Shown: positions 58,386 through 64,000 of the stretch, piece after piece
How the letters are laid out: each line of letters begins with the position of its first letter
Numbering within the stretch: position 1 is the first letter of the stretch
NCBI GenBank assembly: GCA_964489425.1
Contig: CAZAYP010000004.1
Location: forward strand, 24,956-88,955
Reading direction: 5' to 3'
Length of the DNA stretch: 64,000 bases
Source of the DNA: an uncultured Verrucomicrobiota bacterium
GTDB lineage: Bacteria; Verrucomicrobiota; Kiritimatiellia; RZYC01; CAZAYP01
The notes under the pieces: model-generated
Told to the model about the DNA's origin: nothing
What the model saw: the letters and a program-made list of their open reading frames with translations, nothing else
Databases searched by the model: none
Position numbers and translations under genes: made by a program

Positions 58386-59552
58386 TTGACGACCCGATCT
58401 CTCCCGGGCGTGAACCAGGCCATGGCGTGGTTCGGCCACATGGTGGAGCATTGCCTGGACACCGCCCGGCAGGCCAGCGCCGCCGGACAGCCCATCGTGG
58501 GGATCATGTGCGAATACACCCCGCGCGAGATCATCATGGCCGGCGGCGGCGTGCCGGTGTGCCTGTGCGGCGGATCGGCGCGCATGGCGGCGGCCGCCGA
58601 GGGCATCCTGCCGCCGGCGCTGTGCCCCGTGATCAAGGCCACTTTTGGCTACCACCTGCAAAAAGCCAACCCGTTCCTGGAAATGGCCGACCTGATCGTG
58701 GCCGAAACCACGTGCGACGGAAAAAAGAAAATGTTCGAACTGCTGGCCGGGGATCGCGCCGTACGCGTGCTGGAACTGCCCCAGAAAGCCGGGGACGCCG
58801 ACGCGCTCTTCCACTGGCGCCGGGAACTTGAAAAGCTGATCGAGTTTCTCGAAGCGCGGTGGCGGGTGAGCATCACCGCGGATGCGTTGCGCGCGGCCAT
58901 CCGCGCCATGAACCGCGACCGGGACCTGCGGCGCCGCCTCGCCGGGCTCATGCGCCAGGCCGATCCGCCCCTGACCGGCCGCCAACTCCTGGAGCTGAAA
59001 AGCCTGATTGCCTGCCAGCCGGACGACTGGCAGGTGTATGCACAGGTGCTTGCCGCCGGCGCGGCCGGCACGGATGAGGTGGCGGCCCCCGGCCGCCGGG
59101 TGCGCGTCCTCTTGACCGGCGTGCCCCTGCCCCACGGCGCGGAACGGGTCATGGACCTGGTCGAGGCGCAAGACGCCCTGGTGGTAGCCCAGGAGAACTG
59201 CACCGGCCTGAAACCACTGGAAGAAGACATTGATCCCGAAGCCCAGGACCTCCTGGGCGCCATCGCCGAAAAATACTTCCACCTGCCCTGCTCCGTGATG
59301 ACCCGCAACGACCGCCGGCTGGAAAATCTGGCGCGCCTGGCGCAAGACTATCGCGTGGAATGCATCGTGGAACTGGTCTGGCAGGGCTGTCACACCTATG
59401 CTGTTGAAGCGCGCCAGGTCCAGGCCCTGGCCGACCACCTCAAGCTGCCTTATCTGCGGATCGAAACCGACTATGCGCCGGCGGATTCCGCCCGCATCGT
59501 CACCCGGCTCGAAGCGTTGTTCGAAACCGTCCGCGCCCGGCGCCCAAAATGA
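58386..59552 (+). CDS. 2-hydroxyacyl-CoA dehydratase-family protein (HGD-D component family, YjiM-like)
   Basis: 388 aa. N-terminal IVGIMCEYTPREIIMAGGGVPVCLCGG matches the HgdA/HgdB/BcrB family. Conserved Cys residues (C.EY, TTCDG, ENCTG). TTG start at 58386; an alternative ATG lies at about 58422. Confidence 0.7.
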   Translation: MTTRSLPGVNQAMAWFGHMVEHCLDTARQASAAGQPIVGIMCEYTPREIIMAGGGVPVCLCGGSARMAAAAEGILPPALCPVIKATFGYHLQKANPFLEMADLIVAETTCDGKKKMFELLAGDRAVRVLELPQKAGDADALFHWRRELEKLIEFLEARWRVSITADALRAAIRAMNRDRDLRRRLAGLMRQADPPLTGRQLLELKSLIACQPDDWQVYAQVLAAGAAGTDEVAAPGRRVRVLLTGVPLPHGAERVMDLVEAQDALVVAQENCTGLKPLEEDIDPEAQDLLGAIAEKYFHLPCSVMTRNDRRLENLARLAQDYRVECIVELVWQGCHTYAVEARQVQALADHLKLPYLRIETDYAPADSARIVTRLEALFETVRARRPK

Positions 59553-60328
59553 TCAGCCTTGGAGTGGATGTCGGGTCCCGCGCGATCAAGGTTGCCATCC
59601 TTGACCCGGAGCGGCGCACGGCCCCGTACTTCGCGGCCTGCGACCAGGAACCCGACCCGGTCGCCGCCACCGGGCGGCTGCTGGAGCAAGCCCTGCGGGA
59701 CTGCCGCCGCGCCTGGGCGGACGTGGGCCGCGTCTGGGCCACGGGGTACGGGCGGCGCCAAGTCACGCGCGCGCACCAATGCGTGTCGGAGATCACGGCC
59801 CACGCCCGCGGCGTGGCCCACGTGTGCCCGGGCACGCGCACCGTGCTGGATGTGGGCGGCCAGGACTGCAAGGCCATCCTGCTGGCCCCGGACAGCGGGG
59901 TGGCCGACTTCCAGATGAACGACCGCTGCGCGGCCGGCACCGGCCGGTTTTTTGAGGTCATCGCGCCACGCCTGGGCGTGCCGGTGGATGGGCTGGGCCG
60001 CCTGGCTGCCGCGCGGACGGCGCCTTGCGCCATCTCCAGCATGTGCGCCGTGTTCGCCGAAACCGAGGTGGTTGGCCTGCTGGCAGCCGGGCGGCCACCG
60101 GCCGACATCGCCGCCGGGATCCTGGAAGCCGCGGCGCAGCGCATTGCGCTGCTGGCCGGGCCCCGGCCGCTGGCGCCCGTGGTTGTGACAGGCGGAGGCG
60201 CGCTGGTGCCCGGCCTGCCCGAGGCGCTCGCGGCCGCGCTGAAGATGCCGGTTCACGCCGCGCCCGGCGCGCGCTTTACGGGTGCGCTGGGCGCCGCCTT
60301 GCTGGCCGCGGGCGATGGCGCCACCTGA
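59549..60328 (+). CDS. CoA-substrate-specific enzyme activase (BadF/BadG/BcrA/BcrD ATPase; HgdC/YjiL-like)
   Basis: ISLGVDVGSRAIKVAIL (acetate/sugar-kinase fold phosphate-1), conserved MNDRCAAGTGRFFE cluster-binding motif, C-terminal VVTGGGA. ATGA overlap with the upstream gene. Confidence 0.8.
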   Translation: MISLGVDVGSRAIKVAILDPERRTAPYFAACDQEPDPVAATGRLLEQALRDCRRAWADVGRVWATGYGRRQVTRAHQCVSEITAHARGVAHVCPGTRTVLDVGGQDCKAILLAPDSGVADFQMNDRCAAGTGRFFEVIAPRLGVPVDGLGRLAAARTAPCAISSMCAVFAETEVVGLLAAGRPPADIAAGILEAAAQRIALLAGPRPLAPVVVTGGGALVPGLPEALAAALKMPVHAAPGARFTGALGAALLAAGDGAT

Positions 60329-60394
60329 TCCGCCGCGGCCGGCGGCGCCACGATTCTATTGGATTTCCTGCGCGAAAAATCTTACTGCTGGTGC

Positions 60395-61759
60395 ATGGCG
60401 ACCCTGCACACAGAACCCAGCAGCCAAATCACGAGCGGTCCCCTGCCCCGCGCGATTCTTGGCCTGGCCACGCCCATGCTGGTCGCCGCGCTGTTGCAGA
60501 ACCTGCAAAGCCTCATTGACCTGTTCTGGGTCGGCCGGCTGGGCCCGCGGGCCGTGGCCGCGGTGGCTGTCAGCGGCACCATTGTCATGCTGCTGTATCC
60601 GATGCTGATGGGCCTTGGCACCGGCACGGTGGCGCTCGTCGCGCGCGCGGTGGGCGCCCGCGATTATGCCGGCGCCGGCAACGCGGCGGGGCAGTCGCTC
60701 ATGCTGGCCGTGGTGCTGGGGGCCGCGGGCGGGCTGCTGGGCTGGTGGCTGACGGATGATTTGCTGCGGCTGCTCGGGACGCCGGCCGACGTGTTGCAGG
60801 ATGGTCACGACTACCTGCGGATCATCCTGCTGGGCAGCATCTCGGTGTTCGTGCTGCTCATGGGCAATGCCGCGCTCCAGGGCGCGGGCGACACCATCAC
60901 CCCCATGTACATCATGGGCGCGTCCAACCTGCTGAACATCGTGCTCGATCCGCTGCTGATCTTCGGGCCGGGTCCGTTCCCGGCGCTGGGCGTTTCCGGC
61001 GCGGCCGTGGCCACGGTGCTGGCCCAGGGGCTCGCCGGCGCGGTGGGCATCACGATCCTGCTGACCGGGCGCACCCGCCTGCGCCTGCACTGGCGCCAAC
61101 TGCGGCCGGACTGGAGCATGGCCTGGAGGATCCTGCGCATCGGCCTGCCGGGCTCGGGCCAGATGCTCTCGCGCAGCCTGATGAGCGCAGTGCTCATGCG
61201 CATCGTGGCCGGCCTGGGCACCGCCGCCGTGGCGGCGTACGGCACCGGGTTGCGCTTCCACATGATCATCCTGATGCCGGCGTTTGCCCTCGGCGGCGCC
61301 GCGGCCACCATGGTGGGCCAGAATCTCGGCGCAGGGCAACCGGAGCGCGCGCGGCGGGGAGCCTGGCTGGCCACGGGCATGGACATGGCGTTCATGGCCC
61401 TGGCCGCGGTGCTCATGATGGGGTTTGCCAAAGAGCTGACCGGCCTGTTCAATAAAGATCCGGAAGTGGTCCGGCTGGGCGCCCGCTACCTGGTTATCGT
61501 GTCGCCGTTCTACGTGGCCGCGGCCCTGGGGATCGTGCTGGGCCGCGCGCTGAACGGCGCGGGCGACAGCCTGGCGCCCATGATATGCACCGTGGTCAGC
61601 CTCTGGGGATTGCAGGTGCCCCTGGCCTTATACCTGCCCCGAATCTGGTCACCGCCCATCGAGGGCGTCTGGTGGGCCGTGGGCGCAGCCATGACGCTGC
61701 ATGGCTTGCTGATTGCCGGCTGGTTTGCAACCGGACGCTGGCGCCACAAGAACATATGA
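60395..61759 (+). CDS. MATE family efflux transporter
   Basis: 12 TM. N-terminal ILGLATPMLVAALLQNLQSLIDLFWVGRLG and the duplicated 6-TM architecture typical of NorM-like MATE. Confidence 0.85.
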   Translation: MATLHTEPSSQITSGPLPRAILGLATPMLVAALLQNLQSLIDLFWVGRLGPRAVAAVAVSGTIVMLLYPMLMGLGTGTVALVARAVGARDYAGAGNAAGQSLMLAVVLGAAGGLLGWWLTDDLLRLLGTPADVLQDGHDYLRIILLGSISVFVLLMGNAALQGAGDTITPMYIMGASNLLNIVLDPLLIFGPGPFPALGVSGAAVATVLAQGLAGAVGITILLTGRTRLRLHWRQLRPDWSMAWRILRIGLPGSGQMLSRSLMSAVLMRIVAGLGTAAVAAYGTGLRFHMIILMPAFALGGAAATMVGQNLGAGQPERARRGAWLATGMDMAFMALAAVLMMGFAKELTGLFNKDPEVVRLGARYLVIVSPFYVAAALGIVLGRALNGAGDSLAPMICTVVSLWGLQVPLALYLPRIWSPPIEGVWWAVGAAMTLHGLLIAGWFATGRWRHKNI

Positions 61760-61850
61760 GCAAAATGGATGAGCGACAAAAGATGAGATTGGATAGCACT
61801 AACAAAACCCTCAGGATCATGATACCACTTACGCATGAGAACAAGCATAC

Positions 61851-61990
61851 GAGCTCCCCTCCGTTGCAAGGAGGGGTGGCCGCAGGCCGGGGTGGTTATG
61901 GATGGTCCGCGCCCCGATATCACGGTGGGTGGAACCCGGAACAACCGCCCCACCCTGCGGGTCCCCCCCGCCTTGCAAAGGCGGGGAGCC
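61851..61990 (+). repeat. Composite inverted-repeat structured element: two about 40-bp arms, each containing a C-rich hairpin with a TTGCAA loop, flanking an about 50-bp core
   Basis: Hairpin A cccctcc-gttgcaa-ggagggg (61856-61876). Hairpin B ccccgcc-ttgcaaa-ggcgggg (61966-61986). The arms are mutually reverse-complementary (ccgcaggccggggtgg / ccaccctgcgg). Lies in an AT-rich gap after the MATE gene. Confidence 0.5.
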
Positions 61991-62012
61991 CAGATAAATA
62001 CCGATCCTCATG

Positions 62013-62469
62013 CAAAAGTGATATGAGGCATGCCATGTGGATTGTTGATCGTTCCTGGTTCTTGGGTTTCTTCCTCACCCTATTCATAACCACGCAAGGG
62101 CTGGCCGACCTGGCAGCCGACATCCGCGCCTGGCAACTGGACGACGGCACCCGGCTTGAAGCCCGCTACGTCGGAATGGTCAACCAGGTGGTCCGTTTGC
62201 AGGAAACCAACGGCCTGGTGCGCGCGGTGTGGTTCGGGCAGCTCAGCGAGGCGGACCGCAACCACTTGTTTCCGGAGCTTGCGGAAGATCAGCAGGCCGC
62301 GGTGCGTGCGCTGGTGCCGGCCCTGCAAACCACGGCCGAATCCGCCCGCCGGGCTGCCGTGCGCCAGCGCCTGGACGCCATGCGCAGCGCGGGCCGGATC
62401 AGCGCCGAGGAGTATAACGCCGCCCTGGGCGAGATGTACGAGGCCCGGCCGGCGGAACCTGAGAAGTAG
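62013..62469 (+). CDS. Small secreted hypothetical protein with C-terminal SHOCT-like motif
   Basis: 152 aa from the ATG at 62013. Signal/TM segment WFLGFFLTLFITTQGLA. C-terminal GRISAEEYNAALGEMYEAR resembles a SHOCT domain. Confidence 0.45.
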
Positions 62470-62519
62470 CGCAGCGCCACCGGCGCGCTCAACTGCGGCA
62501 GAAGAAACAGCCACCCGCG

Positions 62520-63779
62520 CTACGGCGCTGCCGCGAGGTGCTTCATCAAGTCAGGCAGGCTGACTTCCTCCTGGGTGCTGGCGGTCATGTTTTTCAGGAG
62601 GAACACGCCGGCATCCAGTTCGCGGTCGCCCCGGATGACCACCCACTGGGCGCCGGACCGGTCCGCGCCGCGCATTTGCGCCTTGAGGCTGCGGCCGGAG
62701 AGGTCCATCTCCACGAACAGGTTCCGCTCGCGCAGCATCATGGCCAGGATCAAGTTCTCCCTGAACGCGCGTGGGCCTTGCGCCACCAGGACCGCCCGCG
62801 GCTTGGGCGCCAGCGATTCCGGCTTGCATCCGCCGTTGATCAGGGCCAGCACCAACCGCTCCATGCCCATGGCAAAGCCCACGCCCGTCACCGGATGGTC
62901 GTCCAAATCCAACTGGTACCGGCCGCCGCCGGCCAGGGCATCCTGCGCACCCAGTTCCGGGCACGTGATCTCCCAGACCGTGTGCTGGTAATAGTCCAAG
63001 CCCCGCACCAGGCGCGGGTTGATGCGCACCTCGAGGTTCAGCAGGCGCAGGTAGTCGCACACCTGCTGGAAATAATCCCGGGCCGGGGCGCCCATGAAAT
63101 CGGTGACCGGCGGCAGGCGGTCCAGGATGCCGGCACATGCCGCCTGCTTGCAGTCGAGCACGCGCAAGATGTTTTCCTCGAAACGCCGCTGGCAGTCCGG
63201 GCACAGCGCCGCGCGGTGGTCGGCCAGCGCAGCCCGCAAGCCCGCGGCCACGGGCGCCCGATCTTCGGGCAAGCCGCGCGTGTTGAGGTGGATGGTAAAC
63301 TTGGTCAGCCCCAGGGCTACCAGGAGGTGCCGCTGCATCGCCAGGCATTCGGCATCCGCGGCCGGATTGGGCGGGCCCATGATCTCGGCGCCGACCTGGT
63401 GGAACTGGCGCTTTCGCCCGGCCTGGGGCCGTTCCGCGCGGAACATCGGCCCGAGGTAGAAAACGCGGGCCCGCTCGCGGTCCGCGCCGCCCGTGGCCAT
63501 GAACCGCATGACGCCGGCCGTGCCCTCGGGGCGCAGGCACAATTCCCGCCCCCCGCGGTCGATCAACGTGTACATTTCTTTTTGCACCACCTCGGTGGTG
63601 TCGCCGAGCGACCGGACAAACAATTCCTTTTTTTCCAGCAAGGGGGTGCGGATTTCCTGGCAACCGTACAGCGCCAGAATGTTGCGCGAGCGATCCTCCA
63701 CCATCTGCCACAAAGCGACGTCCGGCATGCACAAATCGGCCATGCCTTGGATGGGTTGGAAATCCGGTGCTGACATCAA
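62520..63779 (-). CDS. hisS: Histidine--tRNA ligase
   Basis: Class II aaRS motifs (YGCQEIRTPLLE, FRAERPQAGRKRQFHQVGAE, GGGRYQLD), C-terminal anticodon-binding domain. Confidence 0.9.
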   Translation of the reverse strand: MMSAPDFQPIQGMADLCMPDVALWQMVEDRSRNILALYGCQEIRTPLLEKKELFVRSLGDTTEVVQKEMYTLIDRGGRELCLRPEGTAGVMRFMATGGADRERARVFYLGPMFRAERPQAGRKRQFHQVGAEIMGPPNPAADAECLAMQRHLLVALGLTKFTIHLNTRGLPEDRAPVAAGLRAALADHRAALCPDCQRRFEENILRVLDCKQAACAGILDRLPPVTDFMGAPARDYFQQVCDYLRLLNLEVRINPRLVRGLDYYQHTVWEITCPELGAQDALAGGGRYQLDLDDHPVTGVGFAMGMERLVLALINGGCKPESLAPKPRAVLVAQGPRAFRENLILAMMLRERNLFVEMDLSGRSLKAQMRGADRSGAQWVVIRGDRELDAGVFLLKNMTASTQEEVSLPDLMKHLAAAP

Positions 63780-63825
63780 GGGTCTTTTATTTTCGGCGCC
63801 GGCGGGCGCCGGCAGCGGAACCGGC

Positions 63826-64000
63826 CTAGGTGGTCGCCGGGGGCGGCGTGACCGGCCGTTCGCTGAGCTTGATCTTCATCACCTTGCCGGCCTTGAACTT
63901 GACGACGTTGCGCGGCGGAATATGCACCGTGTCCTGGGGGCGGTTGGGATTGCGTCCCACGCGCGCCTTGCGGCGCTGGACTTCAAACACCCCGAAATTG
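63826..64000 (-). CDS. HU/IHF-family DNA-binding protein (partial; N-terminus beyond window end)
   Basis: Hand translation of the minus strand gives ...FGVFEVQRRKARVGRNPNRPQDTVHIPPRNVVKFKAGKVMKIKL..., the conserved HU arm and C-terminal region, with the stop at 63826-63828. Confidence 0.7.
   Translation of the reverse strand, partial: NFGVFEVQRRKARVGRNPNRPQDTVHIPPRNVVKFKAGKVMKIKLSERPVTPPPATT

Overview
High-GC (about 65-70%) bacterial chromosomal segment carrying about 45 genes on both strands. The secretome style (BACON domains, InlB-type B-repeats, beta-propeller repeat proteins, YD repeats, prenyltransferase/squalene-oxidase repeat protein) suggests a PVC-superphylum-like organism, but that is inference only. 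Housekeeping genes are clear: parB, GTP-dependent PEP carboxykinase, ffh, smc, three-domain nifU plus nifS, purH, tyrS, rpsA, hisS and a partial HU gene. Between them lie several features worth a second look. (1) A dispersed set of glycosylation genes: two or three PMT/ArnT-type membrane glycosyltransferases, an ArnC-like GT2, rmlC, a GT4, and several SAM methyltransferases. (2) A 2,550-aa secreted protein (30.6-38.2 kb) built from about 13 tandem copies of a roughly 178-aa two-module unit, with near-identical 534-bp DNA repeats in its centre. (3) A secreted-protein block (46.7-54.0 kb): a papain-like C1 peptidase, and an operon of a beta-propeller/BACON protein, a zincin-like metallopeptidase and an FGE-domain protein sitting in a low-GC islet. 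(4) An overlapping YjiM/YjiL-like pair (2-hydroxyacyl-CoA-dehydratase-family subunit plus its ATPase activase) next to a MATE exporter. (5) An orphan FlgD-like gene with no other flagellar genes nearby. (6) A Phd/YefM-PIN toxin-antitoxin pair with an operator palindrome. (7) A composite inverted-repeat structured element after the MATE gene. No rRNA, tRNA or CRISPR array was recognised. All calls are from reading the six-frame translations and the DNA by eye; no database searches were run.
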